A stretch of DNA of 64,000 nucleotides from Verrucomicrobiia bacterium (GTDB taxonomy: Bacteria; Verrucomicrobiota; Verrucomicrobiia; Limisphaerales; UBA8199). The position numbers and the translations under genes were made by a program. Positions 35,873 through 45,689 of the stretch are shown here, one piece after another. The DNA is taken from positions 16,545 through 80,544 of the forward strand of contig DASYZB010000116.1 of NCBI GenBank assembly GCA_035946615.1. The letters are read 5' to 3'. Numbering within the stretch: position 1 is the stretch's first letter; every line of letters begins with the position of its first letter. The notes below the pieces were generated by a model that was not told the DNA's origin, did no database searches, and saw only the letters and a list, made by a program, of their open reading frames with translations.

Positions 35873-37405
35873 TTAACGGGGAATGGCGGCTTCCAATTGG
35901 AACGGTTCGTTGATGCCGTAGCGGTTGAGGACTCGATCGGTTGCCTGGCGCTCGGTTTCTCCAGCCGCCAAAATCATCCGCCGCAGAGAATCGCTCTGCA
36001 TGAATTCGATGATATGATAGCCGTTCTGCGGTTTGTCCAGGGCCTGGCGCAGGTCGGAAAGACGGCTGATGCGCTGGCCATTGACCCTGTCGAGCACAAG
36101 CCATTTCTGCTCCTGGTAACCAATGTTGTACGGGTCGGGCAATACTTGTGACAACAGCACCAGCGCGGGGCGCTCTTTTGAAGGCGGCTGGTTCCGGTAA
36201 TACGAAAGCCGGAATGGGGCGCGGTGTTTCCAATCCGCTCCCCAACTCTGCAGGTACGATTCGGTCAACGGCTGGAACACCAGCCCGCCCACGATGAGAT
36301 ATTTGGGGTCCTGATCGTAATTGGCGGCAGGCACCAGCGCCGTTGAGTAGTCGAACTTCGGCAGACGATAACTCACTTCCATAGATTTGCCGTCGCGCCA
36401 GATTTGCATTTTGATGTCGTCGCCGGCCCACTTATGGCGCGTAGCAAGGTTCTCAATCATCAGATGGCCATATTGCGGGTCCTCGTAGTCTCCTGAGGTA
36501 TCCAGGTCAAAGCCGTCGATGCGCAGGATGATGTCTTGAGGTTTGAGGACATTGGGGAGGCCGTCGTCGCGCTTGGCCACCTGGATGACAATCACTCCGC
36601 GCCGTTCGCCGGGCAGCTTCAGCCGGTCCAGGGATGCGGGGTTCTCGGCCGGTTGCCAGTAGAAATGGAAATAGCCCAAGCCGTGATATTGCCCCTTCTT
36701 TCGCGCATCGAGGATGGATTGGATAAATGAAGACGGCACAGCGGTGCAGGTGCGGCCATCCTGCGCAGTCAGAAGTCCGACGATATGTGAGTTGGCAATA
36801 AGGGGCTCGCCCCAACCAGCGCCTTGGATGTCCGAATCAGCCTCGATGAAGACATGGTTCACAGCGCTCAGTTGCCCTTCCTTCACAGTGAACTGCGTGA
36901 ACTCCGCCCGGCGATTCTCCAGGTTACCGGTCCGCCAGCGCAGAATCTGCAGGTTATCCTCGGGCGAGACAGGTCCCAGTGCGACGGGCTTGAGGTCGCG
37001 CCAAAAATCCCCTTCCGCGACGGATATCAACGCCAGGTTGGCGTAATAATCTATCCAGGTCACTTCCCCAATCCACCAGCGGCCTCGTCCGCCCTTTTGC
37101 AGACGGATGAGCGTGCGGTCGAATGCCCCGTCGGCCGTGGTAAGGATTTGCCGGTCTGCGATGACGATGCCGGGTTTCTGAACTCGTGCCGTTCGGGTGG
37201 TCCAAGGCTGGTAGTAGTCGTATTGCTTGCGAGCGACATCGATGGTGACAATGGAATGTTCCCACGGCGAAAGCCCGCCTCGCTTCGCTTGTTGCGCGCA
37301 GAGCGACCCGGGCACAAGAAAGGCCACCAGTAGAAGGACTGCCCAGAAGGACCGGCGGATGCGGGAGGCGCTAAGCGAAAAACACACTCGATTGCAAAAG
37401 CTCAT
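35873..37405 (-). CDS. HtrA/Deg-like paralogue with all three catalytic residues substituted (pseudoprotease)
   Basis: The ATG at 37405 overlaps the upstream TGA (ATGA), followed by the signal-like 'FWAVLLLVAFLVPGSLCA'. It aligns along its length with the upstream protease, but 'TTADGA' replaces 'TNAHVV', 'ANLALI' replaces 'CDLAVL', and 'GAGWGEP' replaces 'GNSGGP'. Confidence 0.75.
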   Translation of the reverse strand: MSFCNRVCFSLSASRIRRSFWAVLLLVAFLVPGSLCAQQAKRGGLSPWEHSIVTIDVARKQYDYYQPWTTRTARVQKPGIVIADRQILTTADGAFDRTLIRLQKGGRGRWWIGEVTWIDYYANLALISVAEGDFWRDLKPVALGPVSPEDNLQILRWRTGNLENRRAEFTQFTVKEGQLSAVNHVFIEADSDIQGAGWGEPLIANSHIVGLLTAQDGRTCTAVPSSFIQSILDARKKGQYHGLGYFHFYWQPAENPASLDRLKLPGERRGVIVIQVAKRDDGLPNVLKPQDIILRIDGFDLDTSGDYEDPQYGHLMIENLATRHKWAGDDIKMQIWRDGKSMEVSYRLPKFDYSTALVPAANYDQDPKYLIVGGLVFQPLTESYLQSWGADWKHRAPFRLSYYRNQPPSKERPALVLLSQVLPDPYNIGYQEQKWLVLDRVNGQRISRLSDLRQALDKPQNGYHIIEFMQSDSLRRMILAAGETERQATDRVLNRYGINEPFQLEAAIPR

Positions 37406-38889
37406 AAGCGTCGATCTCTCCCGATGCCGTAGGTCTGAAGTATCCTTGGATTGGCCTTGGCCACATCGGCCCGTTCCAGGCATTCAAAGCTCTCATGGGG
37501 TAGAAATTCAATAATGTCGGTTGTGTTGGTGTTGGTCTCGAAAGCGCGCACGACGTCTTCGAGCTTATCAATGCGCACGCCATTGATGCGGTCCACCAGC
37601 ACCCGCCCACGAACCGTCACGTTGGCATTGACGGCATCAGCCAGGACCGAGGCCAAAACGATTGGCTCAGGCCGGGCCTTGCCGGGCGTTTCAAAGCGGC
37701 GATAGAACAGCTCGTAATAGCCTTCGCCAAAAGCTCCCTCGGTCGGGCCGCGCCCCAGCGTTCGCAGGTAATCCAGGCTCAATGGAGTAAAGACCAGGCC
37801 GCCATAAACAAAGTAGCGCGGGAGAGTGTCGTATTCGTAACCGGCAGCCCGGTCTTTATTATAGACAAAGAGCGGCAATGAAACCTCCTTGGCCGCGCCA
37901 TCGCGCCACAGTTCCACAGGCACACTCTGGCCATTCTGGGCGAACTGAAAGGCCAGCGCAGCCGAAACCCGGTTTCCCTGATAGAGAATCGTGCCGTCAC
38001 TCGCAATGGGGAACTGCCCAACCCGCAGCAGCACGTCATCATCCTGGATGACCTGCTCCGTGCTGGGGATTTGTAAAATGCCATCGATGCGCGCGCCCTG
38101 GTTGTTATCAGGCAACTTGAGAAATGCGCGGTAGGTGGGATTCTGAAGCGCCGTGACGCGCAGGCCCGCCTGAGGGAACCCGTCGTACTGTTTGTCCTCA
38201 ATGTCCTTTAGAAAGTGCTCAATCACGGGAGGAGGAATGAAAAAACCGGCATTCTGCAAACCGGGCATGCCCTGAAAGGCGACGCCGACGACTTTATCGT
38301 CCTGGACGACCGGGCCGCCGCTGTTGCCCGGATTGATGGCGGCGTCGGTCTCGGCGCTGAGCAACCGGCGGTTGCCAATGTGCGCGTAAGTCTCGAGATC
38401 AATCCTCGAAACCACTCCGCGCGTATAAGAGATTTCATCGCCCCCTGCTGGATAACCATAAGTGACCACCGTCGAGCGGACCTTTGGCAAATCCCCGAGC
38501 TCGAGAGGCTGGAGGTTCTCGAAAAAACGGTCATCAGCCACGGTAAGCACCGCCAGATCGCAATCATGCCCGACGTATTCGACCTCGGCCACATAGGGGC
38601 GCGGGTCCTGGTAACGGCGCACGATAATCTGCCGGCCCCAGCTCACGACGTGCGCGTTTGTCATGATGCGTTTGCCCTTGATCACAAAACCGGACCCGCC
38701 CAGAGCCCGCACTGGGTCGAAGCGCCAGGGCGCATCCCAAACCGGTTGTTGCTCGAAGGTGAGGATTTGGATGACTGACCGCTCCGGGTCCGCCGCGCGC
38801 GAGACGGCCAGCCCAGCCGCGAGCAGCACGAGGACTAAACTCTTTTTGAGCACCGTGAGAAAATGGGGTGTTTCCAAGCAGCAGGTCAA
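37402..38889 (-). CDS. S1C (HtrA/DegP-like) serine protease with C-terminal PDZ-like region
   Basis: Intact triad contexts 'IMTNAHVV', 'DCDLAVLTV' and 'NPGNSGGPVV'. TTG start at 38889 per the ORF track. An in-frame GTG at 38853 would give 'MLKKSLVLVLLAAGLAVSRA'. Confidence 0.8.
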   Translation of the reverse strand: MTCCLETPHFLTVLKKSLVLVLLAAGLAVSRAADPERSVIQILTFEQQPVWDAPWRFDPVRALGGSGFVIKGKRIMTNAHVVSWGRQIIVRRYQDPRPYVAEVEYVGHDCDLAVLTVADDRFFENLQPLELGDLPKVRSTVVTYGYPAGGDEISYTRGVVSRIDLETYAHIGNRRLLSAETDAAINPGNSGGPVVQDDKVVGVAFQGMPGLQNAGFFIPPPVIEHFLKDIEDKQYDGFPQAGLRVTALQNPTYRAFLKLPDNNQGARIDGILQIPSTEQVIQDDDVLLRVGQFPIASDGTILYQGNRVSAALAFQFAQNGQSVPVELWRDGAAKEVSLPLFVYNKDRAAGYEYDTLPRYFVYGGLVFTPLSLDYLRTLGRGPTEGAFGEGYYELFYRRFETPGKARPEPIVLASVLADAVNANVTVRGRVLVDRINGVRIDKLEDVVRAFETNTNTTDIIEFLPHESFECLERADVAKANPRILQTYGIGRDRRL

Positions 38890-39258
38890 GAATTTCCGCT
38901 ATTTGGGGTGGATTTTGAGCGCCAAGGTTGACATTGTCCCAAAGACCGGACGAGGCAATTGTGGTCGAGGGCCTTTTTTGAGCATCCGAGCAAGCCGGCG
39001 GGAATCCTCAACAGAAGCCGCCATAACCCGCAACTGACTTGCGGGGCGCTCTTTCCCAGAGCCGAGAATCAAATTGCTGTTCAAAAGACAACCGGGTTGT
39101 TACAACCCGAATTGCGGCTCTGAACCGCCAGGCAGCTCAAGCGGTACCGCATTGCCTGGCGGACGAGCTAAGACTGACTATGCGAAGGATTATCGTCCGC
39201 CACATTGGATTTCAGTTACGATCGAGACAATCTTCCGGAAACCGTGTACAACTACGCC

Positions 39259-40140
39259 ATGAAAAAGACATTGGCTCTCGCTTTCTTATTTCTCTTCGCT
39301 CTCGCTACCATCCGCAGTTCGGCCGCTGACGCCAAAAAGATCGTTTTTATCGCCGGCAAACCCAGCCATGGCCCGGGCGAACACGAACATCGGGCCGGAT
39401 GCCTTTTGCTGGCCGGTTGCCTGAGGGATTTTCCTGGCGTGGTCTGCGAGGTTTACAGCAATGGCTGGCCGGCAGACCCGGCCCAGGCCTTCGCCGATGC
39501 CGCCACCGTCGTCATCTACAGCGACGGTGAAGGAGGCCATCCGCTGCTGCAGCAAAACCACATCCAAACCATGAGCGATTTGGTCAGCAAAGGCGTCGGC
39601 CTGGCTTGCCTGCATTATGCTGTCGAGCCCACGCGGGAACGCGGCGAGAAAGAATTCCTCGATTGGCTGGGCGGCTGTTTCGAAGTCCATCACTCGGTCA
39701 ATCCTGTCTGGACAGCGGATTTCCAAACCCTGCCCGATCACCCCGTTACACGTGGCGTGGAGCCGTTTCGCCTCCAGGACGAGTGGTATTTTCACATGCG
39801 GTTCCGCGACGGGATGCAGGGCGTGACGCCAATCCTCACCGCGATTCCACCCGAGAGCACCATGAGCCGGGCCGACGGCCCGCATGAAGGCAACCCTGAT
39901 GTGCGCGCTGCTGTCCGGCGCCATGAACCCCAGACCGTCGCCTGGGCCTTCCAACGAACCGGCGGCGGGCGCGGCTTCGGCTTCACCGGCGGCCATTATC
40001 ATAAAAACTGGGGCAACGATAATGTCCGCAAGCTGGTCCTTAACGCAATTATTTGGACCGCCCACCTGGAAGTGCCGCCCAGCGGTGTGCAGAGCCAGGT
40101 CACCCCGGCCGACCTGGCGCGCAACCTCGACGCCAAGTGA
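39259..40140 (+). CDS. ThuA domain-containing protein (secreted)
   Basis: ATG at 39259 with signal 'MKKTLALAFLFLFALATIRSSA'. 'KIVFIAGKPSHGPGEHEH', 'ACLHYAVEP' and 'RGFGFTGGHYHKNW' are ThuA-like. Confidence 0.8.
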   Translation: MKKTLALAFLFLFALATIRSSAADAKKIVFIAGKPSHGPGEHEHRAGCLLLAGCLRDFPGVVCEVYSNGWPADPAQAFADAATVVIYSDGEGGHPLLQQNHIQTMSDLVSKGVGLACLHYAVEPTRERGEKEFLDWLGGCFEVHHSVNPVWTADFQTLPDHPVTRGVEPFRLQDEWYFHMRFRDGMQGVTPILTAIPPESTMSRADGPHEGNPDVRAAVRRHEPQTVAWAFQRTGGGRGFGFTGGHYHKNWGNDNVRKLVLNAIIWTAHLEVPPSGVQSQVTPADLARNLDAK

Positions 40141-40420
40141 CCCCTCGCCGGAGGGTCGAGTTCCCCCCGAGTCCCCATCTGAAAGAGTTGAACCACGCCC
40201 CAGCCAACGCCTTTCAAGCTAAGCTGAACGCAAACTCATGAATCTGGCATGTGGTTCATGTTCCGCTTGTCCCGAATCATCGCGTCGGTGTCATCGGCCT
40301 TCCGAAGCGACGCGGTATCGGCGAGCGTGGTTTTTACGCGCGCTCCAAAGTCGTTTGGATGGCTATCTTTTTGTTCGGTTTCGGTATCCAGCGGCGCTTT
40401 ATTAGTATGGTGAGCGCGAC

Positions 40421-40814
40421 ATGACGGAAACCGGAAAATTATTGGTCGAATATGCCAGAAATGGCTCGGAGGGTAATGCCTCAGTGACTACGGGGCTGCC
40501 GGCTGAAGCCGGCGTTCCGGACGCGCGGAACGCCGCCTTTAGGCGGCAGCGCCCGCCGTCACTAACCGATTACCTCGGAGGCGGCGTTCGGGGAATTGGT
40601 GAGCCGTTACATCGACTTCGTTTATTCGACTGCGCTGAGGCGCGCTTTTGGAGACAGCCATTTGGCCGAGGACATCACGCAAACGGTTTTTGCGGATTTA
40701 GCTCACAAGGCCGGAAGACTTTCAACCGAAGTGATGCTTGGCGGCTGGCTGCACCAGCGCGCGTGTCATGCTCAACGCGCTGGAGCGGAAATCGCCGTAC
40801 GTTTTGGCCACTAA
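40421..40814 (+). pseudogene. ECF (sigma-70 family) sigma factor, interrupted by a MITE and 3'-truncated
   Basis: Before the MITE the gene reads 'MTETGKLLVEYARNGSE'. After it, in another frame, 'AAFGELVSRYIDFVYSTALRRAFGDSHLAEDITQTVFADLAHKAGRL...GGWLHQ' (sigma region 2). Removing the element plus one TSD copy restores one frame. No region 4 remains before the convergent glycosyltransferase gene. Confidence 0.75.
40473..40573 (+). mobile_element. MITE copy 3 (101 bp) inserted in the ECF sigma gene, 8-bp target-site duplication
   Basis: Same termini as copy 1. Flanked by a perfect 'ctcggagg' repeat (40465..40472 and 40574..40581). Confidence 0.92.
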
Positions 40815-40835
40815 TTTGTCACGTTCCTCACCAAT

Positions 40836-42074
40836 CTATTTGCTGAGCGTTTCGGATGCAGGTTGGGTTACTTCCTGAGCCTCCCGGCTGCCGGGTAATT
40901 GGCGATAGATGAACTCGGCTGCGCGCCGGCCTTGTTTCTCCCAGGCGTAGTTTTCGATCAAGCGTTTCTGCAAACAAGCTCCACGGCGGCGCAGTTCCGC
41001 TCGGGGGATACCTGCCACTTTGTCGAGCGCCGCCCGCATATTCGCGTCAAAATCCGCCGGGTCAAAGTAAAAGGCCTCCTCGCCTAAGACCTGATCGACT
41101 CCCGAAATGGGTGAGGTGAGAATCGCGCGCCCGCTCAAGGCATATTCGAAAACCTTTGAAGGGAAATTGTTTTCGTTGCCAGGCCAAATGGGGCGCGGAT
41201 TAACCAGCACGTCCCAGGTCTGGCTCAAGCGCAGGCAGGCATCGGGAGTGCGCGGTTCGTGGAATTGGAGTCGCTCGTTGTGCCGGCAGAGCGCGGCGAC
41301 TCGGGCTTTAGGCATTCCAAACCCGCAGATGTGCAGCCTCTCTGTGCCTTCACGCGCCAGAAACACCCGCAGCAAATCTTGCGCGCCTGCGTGGGCGCCC
41401 AACGAGCCGATGTAACCAAACTGTATCGGTCCGTTGCCCGGGTGCTCAGTGGACGGCTGCAATGCGCGGCCTGAATTGCATCCGTTAGGCAGCCAAAGCC
41501 AGGGCAACCGGCGGTCCGCAAAGAACTTTTCGGTTGAAGCGCTCACGCCGATGCAAGCGTCCACCAGCGAGACCATTTCCGAGTCAGGCCAGGTCAAGGG
41601 CTTGAGCGCATGACGAACTCGCCGGGTCCAGGGGAATGCCTGCTGCAGGTTCATGCTGTCAGCGAGGTAAAGCACCAGGCAGGGGGCGCAGGGTTGGCGT
41701 TTGAGCCAGCGAATGAACCCATTATAGACGGGGGAAAAGTTGTACATCAGGATGGCATCGGGAATCCAGCCGGACCTGGTCCAGCGCTGGTATTGGCGCT
41801 TGAGCCGCGCCAACGAGCGCCAGCGGTGAAGCAATTCCGGCGGCTTATCCAGCAGGTTCAACGCGTGCGGTAAGCCCGGCGAGGTGTTGTCCGGGGTAAT
41901 CTTTTCGACCTCAATCCACGAGATGCCGGCCGATTTGATTTCGAACCATGGCCGCAGGGCATTGACCAGGTTGGTTTCCATCAGGTGCCCGGCCGGTTGG
42001 GCATCCGGAAATAGGCCGGAGATGCCTGGCGGAAAGGCGAAGCCAAAGTAAAGTAGTTTTGCCGGTGCTGTCAT
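40836..42074 (-). CDS. glycosyltransferase family 4 (GT-B fold)
   Basis: 412 aa. The C-terminal 'NFPSKVFEYALSGRAILTS' matches the E-x7-E region of GT4 enzymes. Confidence 0.75.
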   Translation of the reverse strand: MTAPAKLLYFGFAFPPGISGLFPDAQPAGHLMETNLVNALRPWFEIKSAGISWIEVEKITPDNTSPGLPHALNLLDKPPELLHRWRSLARLKRQYQRWTRSGWIPDAILMYNFSPVYNGFIRWLKRQPCAPCLVLYLADSMNLQQAFPWTRRVRHALKPLTWPDSEMVSLVDACIGVSASTEKFFADRRLPWLWLPNGCNSGRALQPSTEHPGNGPIQFGYIGSLGAHAGAQDLLRVFLAREGTERLHICGFGMPKARVAALCRHNERLQFHEPRTPDACLRLSQTWDVLVNPRPIWPGNENNFPSKVFEYALSGRAILTSPISGVDQVLGEEAFYFDPADFDANMRAALDKVAGIPRAELRRRGACLQKRLIENYAWEKQGRRAAEFIYRQLPGSREAQEVTQPASETLSK

Positions 42075-42216
42075 TCCTTCAATTCGACGGACCTTGGACT
42101 TGTAGCACGCTCCACAAGATTGTCACTGCGTAAGTTCCGCGTTCAGGACTGCAGGCGGGGCTAATGACAGAGTCCAAGCAACGAGCCGCCATTCCTGAAG
42201 GTTTGGAACGGACCTG

Positions 42217-43395
42217 TCAGCCGTCCTGGAGCCGGCGATAAAGCGCCAGGGTCTTCTGGGATGCGACTTGAACTGAGAAATGCATGTGGATTCTTTCGTG
42301 AAGCTCCTGCTGGCGCTGAGCAGTCAAGCGCGTCTCTCGTGCCCATTTTAAAAGCGCCTCGGAAAGCTGCTCGATTGAGCCGGGTAGGATTAATTCGCCC
42401 AAGGCGCCGGCGGCAAAGGCTTCCGGAATGCCATCGAGCCGAGAGGCAATCACCGGTTTGCCGCAAGCGTAAGCTTCCAGGACAACGCCGGGAAAGGCCT
42501 CGGTGCCGATTTGAGGGTGAACCAGGCAATCAATGGCATTCATCGCCCGGGGCATGTCCCGGCAGTAGGGAGTCAGGATGGCTTTTTCTTTCAAACCCAA
42601 CCGGACAATATCGTCTTTGAGCGCGGCTTCCATGCTGCCTCGGCCAATGATCAAAAACCGGGCGTCAGCAATTTTTTCATGCACGCGCGCGGCGGCCTGC
42701 AAGAACTCGCGCTGGCCCTTGCCGCGCGGAAGGTCGTATCCGCCGACTACGCCAAAGGCGAAGTGTTCTGGAGCAAGCCCCCAGGCCTGGCGTTGTTCCT
42801 GGGCATCCAAGGGGCGGAATTGATTTGTATCAATACCGCCATGAATGACAAGGATTTTGGAATGATCCCCCAGCAAAGGTGGCCGCGCGCGTCGTTCAGG
42901 CTCGGGTGACGCCGGCTCATAGGCCCCCTGGCTCAAAACGTCCGCGACAAATTGCGAAACGGCTATGATGGCGTCGCATTGGCCTAAAAGAAAACGCCGC
43001 GTGAACCACGAACTCGGGCTCTTTGCCAGGTGACGCGTCTGGACTACCTTCGGGTGAGAACCGGAAAGGCGCGCCGCGAAGATGACTGGCCAAAAGTCGC
43101 GTCCATGATGCCCATGCAAAATCCGGACGTTTTCGCGGCGAACAACTTTTGCCGCCGCTAAAATCAGGCGCAACCGAAAGGGGCCAGTTGGCGGGAGGCT
43201 GTGAAAAGGCACCGCCAGGTCGCGCACGCGCCCGGAGAGTTCGTGCTGGTCTGGACCGGCGACCCAGACCCGCTGGCCTAATTGACGCAGCCCCTCGGTG
43301 AGCTTGAGACATTGATCATCGGTGCCGCCGCCGTTCAACAGTGAATTGAACTGCAGGACCGTAATGGGTTTCTCAATGACAGCAGTGTCAGGCAT
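42217..43395 (-). CDS. glycosyltransferase family 4
   Basis: 'VLQFNSLLNGGGTDDQCLKLTEGL' is the N-terminal GT4 motif. 'EAFPGVVLEAYACGKPVIASRLDGIPE' is the E-x7-E region. Confidence 0.85.
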   Translation of the reverse strand: MPDTAVIEKPITVLQFNSLLNGGGTDDQCLKLTEGLRQLGQRVWVAGPDQHELSGRVRDLAVPFHSLPPTGPFRLRLILAAAKVVRRENVRILHGHHGRDFWPVIFAARLSGSHPKVVQTRHLAKSPSSWFTRRFLLGQCDAIIAVSQFVADVLSQGAYEPASPEPERRARPPLLGDHSKILVIHGGIDTNQFRPLDAQEQRQAWGLAPEHFAFGVVGGYDLPRGKGQREFLQAAARVHEKIADARFLIIGRGSMEAALKDDIVRLGLKEKAILTPYCRDMPRAMNAIDCLVHPQIGTEAFPGVVLEAYACGKPVIASRLDGIPEAFAAGALGELILPGSIEQLSEALLKWARETRLTAQRQQELHERIHMHFSVQVASQKTLALYRRLQDG

Positions 43396-44575
43396 TCGGA
43401 AAAAAAGGCGAGGGCAGCCCGATGCACTGCAGGAGCGCCGCGCGATAGGCCTGGCGTGAATAGTGCCGCGCGTACTGCTGCGCCGCAGCGCGCCATGCAG
43501 CGGCCTGAGCGGCGTTGGCTTCCATGGCCTGCTCCAATTTCAGGCGCAACCGCTGGACCTCGCCGCTGGGAAAGACCAGGCCAAGTCCGCGCTCGCGCGT
43601 CAGCCGACCCAGCAGTTGTTCATCGGAGACAACCACCATTTTGCCTGCCGCCATCGCCCGGGAGAGCACGCCGCTGGTGCCGAAGTGGTTGATATAAGGC
43701 AGCAGAACCGAATCGCAAGCCGCGAAACAGAGCTTTTCTTCCGCAGCCGAGACGTAGCGGTTGATGAGCCGGGCGCGTCCCTTTTGGGCAAGCTGTTGGA
43801 GACCCTCGGCGGTTGTTCCTTGCGGGTTCAACTGGCCGGCGCAGAGCAGGAACGCCGGACTATTGGAGTCGAGCTGCAGCATGGCCTCGACAGCCAGATG
43901 AAGCCCTTTGCGCCGATGGCCCAAACCGAAAAAGAGGAAAATCCATTTCTCGGCAGGCAAGCCCAGTTGCCGCCTGGCCTCGGCGGTATTTCCTTCGTAA
44001 CCTTCAGGGCAAGGATCGGGCAGGAAAAAGAGCGGCGCGCCGGGAAATCTCTTTTGTAAGTCGGCCGCGAGGAATTCATCCACGAAAAGCAGTTGGCGTA
44101 TCCAGCCCTGTCTGAGCATGCGGCTGAATCCGGTCCATTTGAGCCAGCGGTTTGGCGACCACCGGGGCGCAATCATAAATCGCGGGCGATGGTAGATGCC
44201 TCCAATCTGCCCGCGCAATTGGGCTGGTGGATAAAACCCAAGAGCGGCCCGCCGCCACCAACCCGAGGCCACTTCATCAAAGGCCGGCAGGAAAACGCGG
44301 CCTGCGCCGCTCTCATGCAGGCACTGGATTATGGAAGCAGTTGTGCTGCCGGCCCGCTTGGCTCCAGCCAGATTGCCTGCCGAGAGCAATTGCGCTTGCC
44401 CAAGCAGGCCGGAAAGATGGTCTTCCACTTGGGGGTGCGCTTTGGGGCGCAAATCCACCGCCAATGAGAGCTGCCAGTTGGCCGAAAGCAAATCCTCGGT
44501 TAGAAACCGCAACCAGCCCAGGTGATGCCCCTCGGTTCGAGGTTCATAGAGCAACAGATGCTCGCGGGCAGCCAT
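43388..44575 (-). CDS. glycosyltransferase (GT-B fold, GT4-like)
   Basis: 'FLFFGLGHRRKGLHLAVEA' and 'FGTSGVLSRAMAAGKMVVVSD'. Overlaps the downstream GT4 gene by 8 nt. Confidence 0.7.
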   Translation of the reverse strand: MAAREHLLLYEPRTEGHHLGWLRFLTEDLLSANWQLSLAVDLRPKAHPQVEDHLSGLLGQAQLLSAGNLAGAKRAGSTTASIIQCLHESGAGRVFLPAFDEVASGWWRRAALGFYPPAQLRGQIGGIYHRPRFMIAPRWSPNRWLKWTGFSRMLRQGWIRQLLFVDEFLAADLQKRFPGAPLFFLPDPCPEGYEGNTAEARRQLGLPAEKWIFLFFGLGHRRKGLHLAVEAMLQLDSNSPAFLLCAGQLNPQGTTAEGLQQLAQKGRARLINRYVSAAEEKLCFAACDSVLLPYINHFGTSGVLSRAMAAGKMVVVSDEQLLGRLTRERGLGLVFPSGEVQRLRLKLEQAMEANAAQAAAWRAAAQQYARHYSRQAYRAALLQCIGLPSPFFPNA

Positions 44576-44586
44576 GAGCAGTGCGG

Positions 44587-45396
44587 TTAACGAGGCGGGA
44601 CGACAGGAACGCCGGTGGGTTCGGCTGCCTGCCCCTTTGCGAGTTGGGCTTCGCGCGCTTTGGCGTAACGGAGAAAGGTGTAAAAGGATGTCATCCAGGC
44701 AATGGTATAACCCTGCCAGCCATCCAGAAGCCCCAATTTAAAGAAATATGCCCTCGCAAAACGCCATGCAGGACGAGTGAGGAGGTCGGTGAACGTGACG
44801 CGGCGGCCTGTCTGCTGGCAGTGGCGGACAAAATCATCGGCGTAACTCATGGTCTTAATCACCTGCCGATCGAGGGTATCGGCAGTGAAATGGAACAAAT
44901 CGTGGCGCAGTTTGTAAACCGACCCTTCGACTTGAAGGGCCGCGTGAGGATCAACACCCGCCCAGCGCCCGCGCGTGCGCTGCCACAAGCGCACACAGCG
45001 GTCTGGGTACCAATCGCCATGTCGAATCCAGCGCCCCAGGTAGCGCGTGAGCCGCGGGAAGCTATAGGCAGCGTGCCGTTCGGGTTTTCCGGCAAAGAAA
45101 TCGATTATCTCGTCGCGGAGTTCGGGGCAGACCGCTTCGTCGGCGTCCAGGCCAAGCACCCAGGGCTGGGTGGCCTTGGCCAGGGCGGAGTTCTTTTGAG
45201 CGACAAACCCGCGCCAAGGCTCGGGAAAGACCTTGGCCCCGCGCTCGACAGCGAGTTGCGCGGTCCCATCGCCGGCGTCCTGGTTGAGAACCACAATGCA
45301 TTCGCTAGTCCAGGGCATCACACTGTCGAGGGCTTGACCGATGCGCTGGACTTCGGCGCCGGAGATCATGCAAACCGAGATGGGCAGCTTTGGCAT
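44587..45396 (-). CDS. glycosyltransferase family 2 (LPS-core type)
   Basis: 'ISVCMISGAEVQRIGQALDSV', 'VVLNQDAGDGT' and 'VLGLDADEAV' (the DxD region) are GT2 signatures. Confidence 0.85.
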   Translation of the reverse strand: MPKLPISVCMISGAEVQRIGQALDSVMPWTSECIVVLNQDAGDGTAQLAVERGAKVFPEPWRGFVAQKNSALAKATQPWVLGLDADEAVCPELRDEIIDFFAGKPERHAAYSFPRLTRYLGRWIRHGDWYPDRCVRLWQRTRGRWAGVDPHAALQVEGSVYKLRHDLFHFTADTLDRQVIKTMSYADDFVRHCQQTGRRVTFTDLLTRPAWRFARAYFFKLGLLDGWQGYTIAWMTSFYTFLRYAKAREAQLAKGQAAEPTGVPVVPPR

Positions 45397-45549
45397 CGTT
45401 GGAAGGGCGGGCCTCAGAGCCAGACCGGCCCATTAGGGCTTGGCGGACTTCTACAACAACTCGCGCCCCGTTAGCAACTCAGAATAAAGGGAGGACAACG
45501 TTGGGAGTCGAGATTCCCTCATCTCGACCGGCATCGACTGGGAGGACCA

Positions 45550-45626
45550 TGGGATGGACTGCACACAGAGGGACCCCTCTCTCCGGCCACTCCCCGGCCC
45601 ATTCCCCTTCGGAAGGGGAGAGGGAG
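45550..45626 (+). repeat. intergenic repeat, copy 2 (partner at 15184..15230)
   Basis: 'tgggatggactgcacacagagggacccctct' followed by the 'tcccctt-cgg-aagggga' hairpin. Lies between two same-strand genes, as copy 1 does. Confidence 0.75.
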
Positions 45627-45689
45627 AAGCATCGGCAGATTAAAGATGTAGTTCGTGCCAGGGACTCCTCAGGAGCTCCGCGGGAATGG

